From NCBI RefSeq assembly GCF_009914755.1, contig NC_060929.1: a DNA stretch of 64,000 nt. One strand, written 5' to 3'. The notes below the pieces were generated by a model, which was not told the DNA's origin, did not search any database, and worked only from the letters and a program-made list of their open reading frames with translations. Position numbers and translations under genes: made by a program. Shown piece after piece: positions 1-17,572 of this stretch; the stretch's first letter is position 1; each line of letters opens with the position of its first letter. Source of the DNA: the human T2T-CHM13v2.0 reference genome, Homo sapiens.

Positions 1-402
1 AGACTTGCCTGACTCTAAAATCCACACGCTAAAAACTATTATATTGCTTACTCAGATGATCCTCTTCCTAATCATTTCAATGTAGAATCCCAAGAACGTC
101 TTCATTTCAATACATTATTTTAATTTAGAAATTTATACCTCAATGGCAGTAATCTGAACATAAAGTGAGGTTCTTCCAGAATATGAACACAGGATAGCAA
201 AATAAGCAAATAAAATTTAGACTACCCAAATGTAATCAAGGTGAACATGAAAGCATGGCAGAAATAAAAATTTAAGGAAGCTATGGCCTAATCAAGACAT
301 CTTCTTCCTGGAGAAATAATATGTTAATAAGGAAGGGATGGTTTGCATTGAATCTTAAAAAAAATTCAAAGAATTATTATCAAAGGGTATTTTTAATACT
401 TA

Positions 403-743
<341 letters not shown>

Positions 744-2316
744 TCATCACAGAAATGTCCTCTATTGTGTGACACTGGTAGTTTATTAGGTTTTTCCACA
801 GACTAGTTGAACCATCCCTTAAAAATTCCATTTTCTGATTATTTCAACCCTCCAGATACTGTCATTCTAGAAGACAGTAGATACAGGTCTGAGTATTCTG
901 GTCACTGAAAATGTCTCTATTCCATAATAAATAAATAAACTGTCATTTTGTATACATACATCAGCGTGAAGTTTGGCAAATCAAAGTCAGTTCTCACAAC
1001 CCCACACAATCTGGTCATTTCTGATAAAAAAAAAAAAATTCCAATATCCGGACTGAAAAATTAAGTATCAGATTCTGAAAAGTAGTAACCACATTAACAT
1101 ACTACCCCTTCCAACTCCTTGTCATAATGCTCTCAAGGTGATCTACAGGCCTTCATTAGCAACTTTATCTTGTCTCAGTGATGCCAAAAACCAGTTATCA
1201 TCTGATTCTAAAGCTTTAATAACCTTAATATAGACTAAGTTATGTGCCCCAAAGTGAATGTTTCTCTGAGTCCCTATTTTTGAGACTCTCTTGCTATCTC
1301 TATCAACCAAGAAGTCTCAAATACAGGCAGCTCCACCAAAGCTGTGTTCAATAGAAAATGTTTAACAAACGAATTCTTTCTACCCACATTTCCTGAAAGC
1401 AAAAGATTGAGAGGTAAAACTACAATCACAGGACCTACATTATTTGCCTATAAAATTAGTTGAAGTTTGTTTTTTAAAGGTACAATTATTTGTTGGCAAG
1501 GCTTCAGTGAACTAGATATTCTCATACATTGCCAAATGGAGAGAATACAAATTGTAACAGCCTTTCTGACAAGCAATTTGGCAATAAATATCAAGTCTTT
1601 ATGTTCATAACTCTTTAACCCATCATTTTTATGGCTCATGACTAAGTACACTGATGAGGAATAAAGAAAAGTTTCATATAGAAAGATATCACAACTGAAA
1701 TATCCAGCAATAGAAAAATGTTTAAAATATTATGGTAAATTCATAAACTGGAATATAATATAGCCATTAAAAGTGAAATATATAATTTAACATGAGAAAA
1801 TGTCTACATGATATTAAAGATACAAAAATAATATGATCTGAACCATACAAAAAATAGGTAATATTCTTTAAACTTTTCAGCATTTTTTAACATCTCCAAG
1901 TGATTTTTTTATTAAAGTTAATGTCTATATGCTTACTAGGTTGTCTGCCTTGTCTGCTTTCACTGAGGACTGTCCCTCACCCCTCCCATTCCCATTAGCA
2001 GTGGGCTTACAGCCAATTTGACAAGTAACCTCCATCAAGCCACAGCTGACTGGGCTACTGACACCAAATGGGCCATAAATCCTTTCCTGAAAATTTAAAA
2101 TTTGAATTGGGAGAGATTAAGTCTCCTGTAACCCATAATAAGTTTGAGAGCTATAGAATCAGTGTCTTCAACCTACACCTGAAAAACAAAAGCAAAAGAG
2201 TGCCAAGTCTGCAGGGAGAAAAATGAAGCAGACACAATATAACCATGAGATACAGAAAAATCAGATGCCCAGTACCTTCTTTGGGCCTGGTTATAGTTCT
2301 ATTTTAAAACTTCTGA

Positions 2317-2797
2317 AGCCAGGCGCGGTGGCTCACGCCTGTAATCCCAGCACTTTCGGAGGCCAAGGTGGGTGGATCACGAGGTCAGGAGATCGAGACC
2401 ATCCTGGCTAACACGGTGAAAACCCTTCTCTATTAAAAATACATAAAAAATTAGGCGGGTGTGGTGGCGGGCACCTGTAGTCCCAGCTACTCAGGAGGCT
2501 GAGGCAGGAGAATGCGTGAACCCGGGAGGTGGAGCTTACAGTGAGCCAAGACTATGCCACTGCACTCCAGCCTGCGCAACACAGAGAGACTCCATCTCAA
2601 AAAAAAAAAAAACTTCTGAGATACCTCGCTTCCTTATAAAGTCCTCTTTTAATTTTTTTATTTTTATTTATTTATTTTAGTAGAGACAAGGTCTCACTAA
2701 GTTGCCTGGGTTGGTCTCAAACTCCCAGGCTCAAATGAATTCTCCTGCTTCAGCTTCCCAAAATGCTGAGATTAGGCATTAGCCATTGTGCCTAGCC
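2317..2797. mobile_element. AluY (+, 2317-2612) followed by a minus-strand Alu monomer (~2650-2797)
   Basis: Alu consensus; TSDs aaaacttctga and aagtcctctttttaatt. Confidence 0.92.
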
Positions 2798-3439
2798 AAG
2801 TCCTCTTTTTAATTAAGCTAGCTTAATTCAGTTTACTGCAGCAAATAGTATTAACTGATAATACTACCTGTAGTATTTGGTGGTCTGGTCATGAAGTTAA
2901 GAGTCAAAGAACTTCAATCTAATTAAGACCATCCACTAGATTTTGACTTCTTCCAGGCTACTGCAAAGGCAGTACTTTCAAACTTGACACAACACAGAAC
3001 TTGACACAAGTCTATGATGTAGAGCTCTGGCCCCTGGGATCTTGCAAGCTAACAACTTGAATTACAATAAATCATTAAGTGTCACTCTTTGGAGTTAATG
3101 TATTATTTTAAGAAGCAGCATCTCCGAATTGGAAAGAACAAACTAAACATTTATCATAAGCATCATGTAACTTTCCTTTGGAAAAGAAACCAGTCACTAA
3201 AATAACTATTTCTTAAAAATGCCTTCTTTGCTGATATACCTTCAGAAAAAAAATTTCTTTAAATAAAAATGCCTTCTCTTCCTAGACAACAATCTTTCCA
3301 GAATGTGAATGAAGATGGTTACTAGGAAATAATGATTCCTAGAGGCATCTCCCCAGTGAATGACCTTTGATCCCTTAGAGAGAATTACCAGTTGTTCAGT
3401 GCCTATGCTATGCATTGCAGTAGACATTTTACACAAATT

Positions 3440-3600
3440 CACTTTAATCATTAAAATAACTGTCGAAAGATAGGAATTGTTATTCCCACTGTATAGACGT
3501 GAAACTGGGATTCAAAGAGGTTAAGTGACTTGCTCAAAAACACACAAATTACTAAACACAAAAATCAGAACTCAACTCCAAATCCATGTTCTCTATTCTA
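3440..3600. mobile_element. MIR SINE (others at ~52300-52470 and ~56340-56510)
   Basis: MIR core: ttattcccactgtatagacgtgaaactgggattcaaagaggttaagtgacttgctcaa. Confidence 0.7.
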
Positions 3601-3949
3601 TGAAGCTCCTCAAAGTTACCATTTCTTGAACCTTTATCATAACACAAGAAAGACAGAATAACATAATAGTAAAACAAAACCAAAAGTCAAAGTCTGGTAA
3701 CAGAAATAGCAAGAAAAAACAGTATAGTCATAAAACAGAATACTCTTTAAAATTACAATTTATATATAAAGAGTTTATATTATTGCTTTATAATATTCAA
3801 AGGGAAAAATAAGATATAAGCTTTCATACACAATATAATCTAGCTACTTCAGAAAAAGCAAACTAAATGTACCAAGATGAAGATTGGTTTCAATAAATTA
3901 TTCAAAACCACTACAAGCAAAATAATAAATATACACCATTATGTAATGG

Positions 3950-4770
3950 GAAAAAATAACTCGGAAACTATCCATACTTCATATCACAAAGGACTACTTT
4001 CTCTACTATATAAAGTGTATCCACAAACCAATAGATTATCAAAAGAAAAAATGATCATAAGATCTAACAGACAGAAAAGGAAATACAAATGGGTCTTAGA
4101 CATGTGAGAAAAAAGTTCAGCCTCACAAATAGTAAGAGATACGCAAATTAAGACTACACTGAGACGCCATTTTTCATCTCTCAGACTGGCAAAGATCAAG
4201 AAGTCTGACAATACTGCATTACTGTAGGTATGGAGAAACTAGTATTCATACACTGCCAGTGGGAATGTAAATGTATATGATCTCTATGGAGGGCAATTTG
4301 GCAACAGCTAATGAAATTATAAATACATTTTTTGGTCCACCAATTACAGCTACAGAAAATTATCATATAATACAAATATCTTCCATGTGGATGAAATGTC
4401 TTCTGGACATTTTACTATCTGTAACAGTAAACTCTGACTAATCCACACATGGTATTTTTCACATCCAAAAAAAAAAAAAGATGAAGAAATTCTTTATATA
4501 CTGTTATGTAATGATCTCATTAGGATATTAAATGAAAAAAGTAGAAAATAATGTGTAAATCATTTGTGTAAAAGAAGGCAGGGAAAAGAAAATGTATTCT
4601 GCTTGTACCAGATAAAGTATCTTGGAAGGATACACTAGAACTAGTAACACAAATTTGAGTCCAGAGAGGGGAACTGGCTGGCTAGGTGATAGGGAGAAAA
4701 GTTAAGACTTTTTACTTATATATTTTTGAATTTCGAGCCATGTGAATATTGTTACCTATTCAAAAATTTA
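3950..4770 (+). mobile_element. Old L1M/L1ME 3' fragment
   Basis: catacactgccagtgggaatgtaaat...tatggagggcaatttggcaaca and related degenerate L1 motifs. Confidence 0.65.
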
Positions 4771-4796
4771 ACCTTTCAGAAATAATAATAATTTTT

Positions 4797-5561
<765 letters not shown>

Positions 5562-5730
5562 TGGTAGTTTTTTTCTTCTTTATACTCTCCTGTACTTTCC
5601 TAATTTTCTATAGTGAACATGTATTACTTTAATAATCAAGGAGGGGAAGACCACAAAAATAACAGCTAAAATAATCCTTGTTTTAATCTGTGAATAAATC
5701 ATCCTTAATTACAGCATCACTGACCCTTAC

Positions 5731-6467
5731 CTGACCATGACTGGTTGTTGGTTCTTCCTCCAACAAAAGTTTCTCTTTCAAGCTTTTAATTGAGCTTTCC
5801 TGGAAATCCTTGGTTTTTGAGTGCCAGTCAGATGCCCTAGACTCCTGCCTCTCCTCTTTGTCTTCATCTCCCATATCTTCTGAGATGCATTCATTTTTCT
5901 CACTAGCCTGCTCTCCTTGGCCACATTCATTCTGGATCAGAGAAGGAGGTCTAGGTAACACTGGTTCCCCAAAACCTTTTTTATTAAGGAGCTGCCTCTG
6001 AGCCATTTTCAGGCTCTTTTGATAAACCTCCAACTGGCAGAGAATGACCTTGGTATACTGGTTAGGGTCTACTCCATCAGGGCAGAATGGAATACCCCAG
6101 AAATAGTTCACAGTGCCCCCAGTGTCCTGGAGACCTTTGGCATCTGCTAGGGTAGGTAGACAGTGCCTAGATGTGTCCCCGCTACCCTGGACAGCTTTGA
6201 GAAAAGCAGAACCCCTCCCAGTACTTTCCTGTGGCTTCCCACACTGTGTGTGCTCAGCCGAGTGGCCAGTACATCTGTCAAAAGATTTAACGTTCACATT
6301 CTCAAACACTGGCTGGCTTGACTGGTCCCAGCTTCCTGAGCTGCCAGAGACCGGCTCCTCTTCAGTTTTTTCAGTGTGGTCCCAAGGCTCCTCTCTTTCC
6401 TCAGCCTCGTTTCCCTGACTGATATGTGAGCCTTTAAACAGTGATGGAGGTACCAGCTGCCATATGC
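5731..6467 (-). CDS. UIMC1: UIMC1/RAP80 coding exon 6 (codons 155-400; includes the Abraxas-interacting region)
   Basis: Translation GIWQLVPPSLFKG...YFWGIPFCPDGVDPNQYTKVILCQLEVYQKSLK...EEPTTSHGQ matches RAP80. Acceptor ...tacctacAG|GC at 6468-6469, donor CAG|GTAAGG at 5730. 737 nt brings the cumulative CDS to 1200 nt. Confidence 0.96.
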
Positions 6468-6776
6468 CTGTAGGTATTTGAGAAAAAGTAGGGCTAAGGA
6501 CAAACTTTTTTATTAAGAGGGCTTGGTAAGTTATCACTTACCAAGAATTACATAATATGGGTAAGAAAGGCTCTTCTTTGGGTTTAACCAAATGTTGGTT
6601 TTTCCTTGGAGATAAAAGTATGCCGGATATTCTTATGATCTCAACTACTTCCTGATTTAACTTCTTTATTATCACCAAAAGGATCTGGGGTATTTCCGTG
6701 TATCTACTCTCAGCATGAGATCCCTGTGGTACAGTTATACTTGATGAATGGAAGGAGTCAGAACAGGGAGACATGC

Positions 6777-6882
6777 CTTCAGTGAGCCCAGAGTCTGTGG
6801 TTTTCTCTTGATGGGACTGGGAAGACGGTCCAGTGGCCAGAGGTCGAGATCTGGTAGCGGAAGCATCAGAAGGCCGGCAACT
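6777..6882 (-). CDS. UIMC1: UIMC1 coding exon 5 (SCRPSDASATRSRPLATGPSSQSHQEKTTDSGLTEG)
   Basis: Acceptor tgtttcAG|AGTTGC, non-canonical donor GAAG|GCATGT. 106 nt, in phase with exon 6. Confidence 0.93.
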
Positions 6883-7085
6883 CTGAAACAAGTGATCCCA
6901 TACCAGACCAGGTTTATTATTAAAATAACTATATATGAAGGGTCACAGGAAGGACAAAATGGGAGGCCACCGTTCATAAGACTTTCTCTTTCTAAAATGT
7001 AAATGGCTCAATTTAATTTCACAGCATATGCTGAATGTCTATGTGCAAAGTGTTGTACTAGACCACTATACTAAACCCTTTTTTA

Positions 7086-7509
<424 letters not shown>

Positions 7510-7917
7510 TCATTATTTTTTTAAAACTGCCCATTCTTTCTTCCCATAATCCACCTCTAGTTCTCATTCCCTTTGCTCTCCCACAATACTAGAGAAGTTA
7601 GCATCTTATCTTGCTGCCTTCTGGTTCTTGGTATTCAGTAAGTCTTTTCAGAAGCTGTCAACTTATGATAATTCTTTCAACCATGAACTAAAAAATCCAT
7701 GGGGTGGAAGAAAACTCTTTCATATAGAATTAACAAAATACTTTAAATTGGGTTAACCAACAATTCAACACAGACTTTAAAAAATTACTATGGGAATTTT
7801 TGTTAGGTGAAAACCCTATAAATGACTACAGCTAGTTCCTAATGCAACTACAACACCACAGAAGTCAAAAATATAGCTGATCAATCTCCACAAACTTTTG
7901 CAACATGGCATATTTAC

Positions 7918-8042
7918 ATTCAGGCTTTCAGCAATGGCTTTCCTCAAGAGCTCCTCTTCTTCCTCCTCCTGGCTGTTCACCTCCCTAGCTTCCTGCTCAC
8001 TCATTTTGAGAGCCAGAGCAAACTGTTCTTCTTCTGTCATCT
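7918..8042 (-). CDS. UIMC1: UIMC1 coding exon 4: tandem ubiquitin-interacting motifs
   Basis: [41 protein letters not shown] contains two UIM consensus motifs. Acceptor ctcttacAG|AGATG, donor AAT|GTAAAT. 125 nt. Confidence 0.97.
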
Positions 8043-8801
8043 CTGTAAGAGGATAGGGAAAAGAGAAGGAGGAACACCACAAACACTGAATAATCATGGA
8101 GGCAAGAAAGAGAATTATTAAACTTTTCAACTGAAGACACTACCAGACCACTTAGTACAATTTTATAATCTTGTAAATGAGGAAAACCCCAGAAGGAAAG
8201 GTGTTGGCCAAGATAATTAGCAGCAGTTACAACAAGAATCTTGGGTTAACTAGGCTGTAAGCTCCCATGAAGGCAGAGTTTTTACCTACACTGTTCACTG
8301 TTATACCTCCAGCACATAAAAAAGTGCAGGGCACATGGTACGTAATAAATATCTGCTAAATGAATAAACAGAGGAATTAATGCCCACTCTAGAGCTTTTT
8401 GCTAAATACCGCAACGCTTTATGCTCAACATTTAGCCAGAACAATTTTACTCTTCAGAATCCTCTGATTTACCCAGTAGAAAAGAACATCCCTAGTGACA
8501 AGAATGTGGTCTCCAGACACCATTTTTCATTTAAAAGGAACCGGGGTACACTGAAGAAATGGCTGGGTCCCAAGTCCAAAGCATGAAATGAACAAGATGA
8601 GCTAGAATATTTGTCACTGTATTAGACACTACTAGACACTATTAAGCAAAGACTCTATTAGACACTACTAGAGTCATATCGAAAGAACTTAGGAGCCAAT
8701 TAAATAAAGTCCTCACTGGCCAAAAATGGAACCGAAGCATCAATAAAGATAATGAATGCAATGCTTTAAATCACATCAAATATATTTAAATCTGTAAGTT
8801 A

Positions 8802-11240
<2,439 letters not shown>

Positions 11241-11254
11241 AGTAGTAATAAACA

Positions 11255-11740
11255 AATAATAAAATTAAATTTATATAGGAATGCAAAGGACCCAAATTAA
11301 TCAAAACAATTTTTAAAATAAAGTTGGAAGAATTATACTACCTGATTTTAAGACATTATAAAGCTACATTAATCAAGACAGTGTGGTATGGCATAATGAC
11401 AAACATAAATAAATGGAAAAGAACAGAAAATTCAGAAATAGACCCATGCATTGATTTTCAACACAAGGAAAGGACAGTCTTTCCAGCAAATGGTACAAGA
11501 ATGATTGGATATCCATATGGGAAAAAAATGAACCTTAATTCTTACCTTGCACCATATACAAAAACTCAAAATAGATCAGAAATCTAAATGCTAAAGCTAA
11601 AACTATAAAATTTCCAGAAGAAAATAGGTGGAAATCTTCATAACCTTAGCGTAGTCAAAGATTTCTTAGGACATAGAAAGAAAAAAAACCATAAAAGAGA
11701 AAAAAATGGACCACATCAAAGTTTAAAACTTCTGTTCTAG
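11255..11740 (+). mobile_element. Old L1M ORF2 fragment (further pieces at ~13515-14110, 14430-14670, 15700-16330, 23010-24530, 25325-25850, 31400-33570, 38545-38820)
   Basis: tacctgattttaagacattataaagctacattaatcaagacagtgtggtatggc; the decayed translation YKATLIKTVWY resembles L1 ORF2p. Confidence 0.75.
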
Positions 11741-12570
11741 CCAGGCATGGTGGCTCATGCCTATAATCCCAGCACTTTGGAAGGCTGAGGCGGGTGGATC
11801 GCTTGAGGTCAGGAGCTGGAGACTAGCCTGGCAAACATTAGCAGAGTGTAGTGGCATGTGCCTGTAGGCCCATATACTCAGGAGGCTGAGGTGGGAGAAT
11901 CGTTATGAACCCGGGAGGCAGAGGTTGCAGTGAGCCAAGATCACGCCAGCACACTCAGCCCGGGTGACAGAGCACGATGCTCCGTCTCAAAAAAAAAAAT
12001 AAAAAGGAATCATAAAAACAGATTTTGCTGCTCTGTAAGTTCAGAATGGGGGCTAACTGGTGGCTGTCACCTGTAATCCCAACACTGGGAGGCCCAAGCT
12101 GGAGGATTGCTTGAGGCCAGGAGTTTGAGATGAGCCTGGACAGCACAGCAGGACCCTGTGTTAAAAAAAAAATTAAAATTAGCCAGGCGTCGTGGGGCAT
12201 AGTTGGGAAGCTGAGGCAGGAGAATCACTTGAGCCAATGAGTTCAAGGCTGCAGTTAGCTATGATCATACCATACCCCTACACTTAAGCCTGGGTGACAG
12301 AGTGAGATCCTGTCTCTAAAAAAAAAATAAATTTAAAAAAATTTTTTTAAAGATTCAGAATGACCACTTCTGGCTTCCACTGAAGATACAGGAAACTGAA
12401 AAAAGTTATTGTTCCAATCCTTACAACAATAGCAACAAAAACTGATAAATTCACAACTTTTCTTGAATCTATCAGAGACCTAAGAATGCAACATAATCAA
12501 CTAGTCCAAAATGTATCAGTTCTATGACTATTACAATTCCCAAACCATTATCAACAAAATGAAAACATAC

Positions 12571-12655
12571 GTGCAATTTTTCTTTTGGCCAAACACTTTG
12601 CTCTATTCGACTGTTTTGTCTTCGTTTTCTGCAACCCATTTTCCTCCTTTGGTTC
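12571..12655 (-). CDS. UIMC1: UIMC1 coding exon 3 (EPKEENGLQKTKTKQSNRAKCLAKRKIA-Q)
   Basis: Read by hand (this frame is not in the ORF track). Acceptor ttttgcaacAG|GAACCA, donor GCAC|GTATGT. 85 nt joins exons 2 and 4 in frame. Confidence 0.95.
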
Positions 12656-14013
12656 CTGTTGCAAAACAAGAAATATCATCAGTGTGGCTGCCACTAAAAG
12701 TAGTGATTTCTCTCTCTTCTACCTCCCCTATGGCTAAGAGAGGCCTCTGAGGAATTGGTGATTGTTATAAATATGCACATAAAACATTAGAAGATCCTTT
12801 TCAGTACAAAAGGGAAAACATAAGATCTAGAACCAATAAAAACTGTAAGAACAAAAATGTGATATATTGGCATTATTATCTGTCATATAAACAGTCAGAC
12901 AAAAACTAGTCTATCTCTAAAATACCAGTAAGCATCACCAAAGATCAGAGTAGCTTGATTGAAGATATGAAAAAACAATAATAATGTTTAAACTCAGCGT
13001 GTATTCATTTATTTTAAATCACTCTTTTGGACAATGGATAGTAAAGGAAAGGAAAAAGAGGGTAAATGAAAAATCCTATAGAAGCAAAAGAGAACCAAAT
13101 ACACCAACCCTACACCCCACCCTAAAATTTAATAAGAAACGCAAACAAAATAATCAAGAAAACAAAAAATAAAATAGAGAAAGAAATAAAAGGCCAGGCA
13201 CAGTGGCTCATGCCTGTAATCCCAGCACTTTGGGAGGCTGAAGTGGGAGAATCGCTTGAGGCCAGTTCAAAACCAGCCTGGGCAATGTAGAGAGATCCTG
13301 TCCTTAACCCCCAAAAAAATTTATTTATTTTTTAATTAAAAAGCATTTTTTTTAAATTAGCCAGGCATGGTCCTAGCTACTCAGGAGGCTGGAGCAGATG
13401 GATCGCTTGAACCCAAGACTTCCAGGCTGCAGCAAGCTAAGATCGCACCACGATATTCCAGCCTGGGAGACAAAGCAACATCCTCATCTCTAAAAATAAA
13501 TAAATAAAAATAAAACTGGGCAAAGGGTTTGAAAAGAATTTCTCTGAAGATGAAGATATAGAAATGTCCAAGAAGTACATGAAAAGATGCCCAGTATCAT
13601 TAGTCATCAGGGAAATACAAGTCAAAACCACAATAAGGTATCACTTCACACCCACTAGGATAATTAAAATAATTTTTGTTTCAAATAAGAAAATAAGCAT
13701 TGGCAAGGATTACAAAAACCGGAACCCTAGTACACTGTTGGTGGGAATATAAAACAGTGCCCCCACTGTGGAAAAAAAAGAAATGAGGTACTGATACACA
13801 CTACGAAATGAATGTACCTTGAAAATATATAATTGAAAGAAGTCAGACAAAAGGCCACATATATTGTATAATTCCATTTATAAGACATGCCCAGAATGGG
13901 CAAATCCATATAGAAAGTAGATCAGTGGTTGTCAAGGGCTAGGGGTTTGGGGGAAAATGGAGAGTAACTGCTAATGAAAATGGGTTTTTTCTGGGAGTAA
14001 TGAAAATGTTCTA

Positions 14014-14288
<275 letters not shown>

Positions 14289-15327
14289 TCAGGAGACTGA
14301 GGCATGAGAATCACTTGAACCCGGGAGGCAGAGGTTGCAGTGAGCCAAGATCGCGCCACTGCTCTACAGCCTGGGGCAAGAGAGTAAGATTCTGTCTCAA
14401 AAAAAAAAAAAAAAAAGAGAGAGAGAGAAATAAGACAAATCCACAACTATGGTCAAAGACTTCAACAGCCTCCTCAAAATATTTGTAGAATAGACAGAAA
14501 ACCAATAAATATAAAGTAGATTTGAACAACACTATCATCAAACTTCATCAGATTGACATTTACAGAAATCACTATCCAAAACGTGCGTTCTTCTCAAGTA
14601 CACACAGAATATTCTGGGCCATAAAACAAGTCTCACTAAGTTTAAAAATGATTCAAATCATATAAAGTACATACTATTAATGGAGATTGCAGTAAGCCGA
14701 GATCACGTCACTGTGCCACTGCACTCCAACCTGGATGACAGAGCAAGACTCCATCTCAAAAAAAAAAAAAAAGAAAAGAAAAAAAAAAACAGAAACAAAA
14801 AAGGCCAGGCGCAGTGGCTCACACCTGTAATTCCAGCACTTTAGGAGGCCAAGCTGGGTGGATCACCTGAGGTCAGGAGTTTGAGACCAGCCTGGCCAAC
14901 ATGGTAAAACCCCCTCTCTACTAAAAATACAAAAATTGCGCAGGTGTGGTGGCAGGCACCTGTAATCCCAGCTACTCCGCAGGCTGAGGCAGGCAGAATC
15001 ACCTGAACCTGGGAAGCAGAGGTTGCAGTGAGCTGATATCATGCCATTGCACTCCAGCTTGGGCAACAGAGCGAGACTCCATCTCAAAAAAATACATATA
15101 AAAAAATAAAAATAATAACAAAACAAAAACAAAAAGCAAACGTCTTCCTAAGATTATTCCAGCTGCTTTTTTCTATTCTAAAGCAGAAAAAAAGACTTTT
15201 TTTCATATACAAAAATACCAAGACACTATAAGAATATGAAATACATATTAAAACTCAGTTGGTAGGCCGGGTGCGGTGACTCACGCCTGTAATCCCAGCA
15301 CTTTGGGAGGCCGAGGCGGACGGATCA

Positions 15328-15607
<280 letters not shown>

Positions 15608-16671
15608 TTAGGAAACCCTATAAAACAAATAATTCCTATACTATTTAAATTGTGGTAGGACATAGAAAAAAATAATAAGCTTTCCTTCTCTTTTATATCA
15701 TAACCCTAATACTAACATCTGATGAAGGCCATAGCGCCCCCCAAAAAAAACTTTATAAAGCCAATGGCACTAGGAGTACAGATGCAAAACTCCTAAATAA
15801 TATATTGAGAAAAAAATCAATATTATATTAACATAACACATCATGACCAAGTATGATTTATTTCAGAAATGCAAAGATGTTCCAACATTAGAAAATACTA
15901 ATCCCATATATAATATTAGTTGATTAAAGGAGAAAAACTACTCCATCATCTTGCTAAATAAAGGACATCTGATTAAACATAATTCCTAAAACCACTACTA
16001 GTAAATAAGCAATTAAAGGATAGTTCCTTAACATAAAAACGGAAATATGAAACAAATAGCAAAACATCAGAAGTAAAAGATGTGCTCTATTGCTAGTATC
16101 AATCAACATTATTCTGGAAGCTACAGCCAACGCAATGAAAACAAGCAAAAAAAGGTGTAAGTGCTAGAGAGTAAGAGAAAAAATGATAGTTATTAGCAGA
16201 GATAAATGCCTACCTAAAATACCCAAGACAATCAACTGAACAATTATAAAAATATGTGACAGATTAACGGAAGAAAAACAGAGACACACCCATTTATAAA
16301 CAAGATTTTAGTTTATGATAAAGGTAAAATTTCAAATACCTGGGGAATGGAGAGATTATTGGAAAGTGTTGGTAGATATGTCTAATCACCAATACTTAGT
16401 TTTTCAAAATATACGTATGCTGTTCAGGGATACATGTAAATGTGGTAAAACTGTAAGGAGAAACATGGGAAGATAGAATACATAGTCGTTACCTTTAGAA
16501 AGGTGGAAAAGAGCTGGGTGCGGTGGCTCACGCCTGTAATCCCAACACTTTGGGGTGTATCACCTGAGGTCAGGAGTTTGAGACCAGCCTGGCCAACATG
16601 GTGAAACCTCATCTCTACTAAAAATACAAAAATTAGCCAGGCGTGGTGGCGCCTGTAATCCCAGCTACTCA

Positions 16672-16770
<99 letters not shown>

Positions 16771-16972
16771 TCATCTCAAAAAAAAAAAAAGAAAGGTGGA
16801 AAAGAATGCAATTGGGAAGGGACACACTAAGAGAAGAGGGATTCTCAGGTGGTAACTGCAAGTGTTCACATTAATTTTTAAAACCATGCATTTATATTTT
16901 ATGCACATTCCTGTATGCATAACATATATGACGTATGACATATGTGCTGCTATAGAAAGGTCTCCCGGAAAT

Positions 16973-17572
16973 ACTATAATGGTTAATTTTAGTATCAGTT
17001 TGACTGGAGTAAGAAATACCCAGAGAACTAGTAAAGTATTATTTTCTGGTGTGTCTGTCCGGGTGTTTGCAGAGGAGATTAGAGTGTCAGTCTGAGTGAC
17101 TAAGTGGGGAAGATTTGCACTCAATGTGGGTGAACACCATCCAACTGGCTGGGGGGCTAAATAGAATAAAAACATAGGAAAGGCAAATTTGTCTCTCTCC
17201 TGGAGCTGGGACACATTCTTCTTCTACCCTTGGACATCAGAATTCCAGGCTCTCCAAGCCTTGGATTTCAGGCCTTAACACTCAGCACCCCTTACCCCTT
17301 GTCCTCAGGCCTTCAGACTTCCACTGAGCCATACTACTGGCATCCCAGGGTATCCAGCTTGCAAATAGACTATTGTGGGGACTTTTCAACCTCCATAATT
17401 GAATGAGCCAATTCCCCTAATAAATTCCATCCGTCTGTCCATCTGTCCTTCCATCCATCCACCCTTCTGTCCGTCCTTCTGTCCGTCCATCCGTCCATCC
17501 GTCCATCCGTCCATCCATCCATCCATCCATCCGCCTATCCTATTGGTTCCATGTCTCTGGAGGACCTAACAC
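16973..17572 (+). mobile_element. MLT2-family (ERVL) solo LTR with an internal (TCCA)n microsatellite at ~17425-17532
   Basis: Typical start (tataatggttaattttagtatcagtttgactgg...tgtgtctgtccgggtgtttgcagaggagatt) and end (tcctattggttc...tctctggagga...aca). Confidence 0.8.

Noticed and set aside
5683-6537. 284-aa ORF as a stand-alone gene
   Set aside because: It is UIMC1 exon 6 plus intronic flanks and begins at a GTG inside intron 5.
6542-6739. Possible 198-nt internal exon in intron 5 (CTGAC, pyrimidine tract, AAG acceptor)
   Set aside because: Acceptor is only 37 nt from the GC donor, and joining from exon 4 hits a stop within 10 codons; no further support.
8620-8675. 17-bp direct repeat TATTAGACACTACTAGA with a small inverted repeat
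   Set aside because: Only two copies, within degenerate repeat-like sequence; ordinary slippage duplication.
15734-15750. CTCF-like GCGCCCCC
   Set aside because: The second half of the motif is replaced by an A run.
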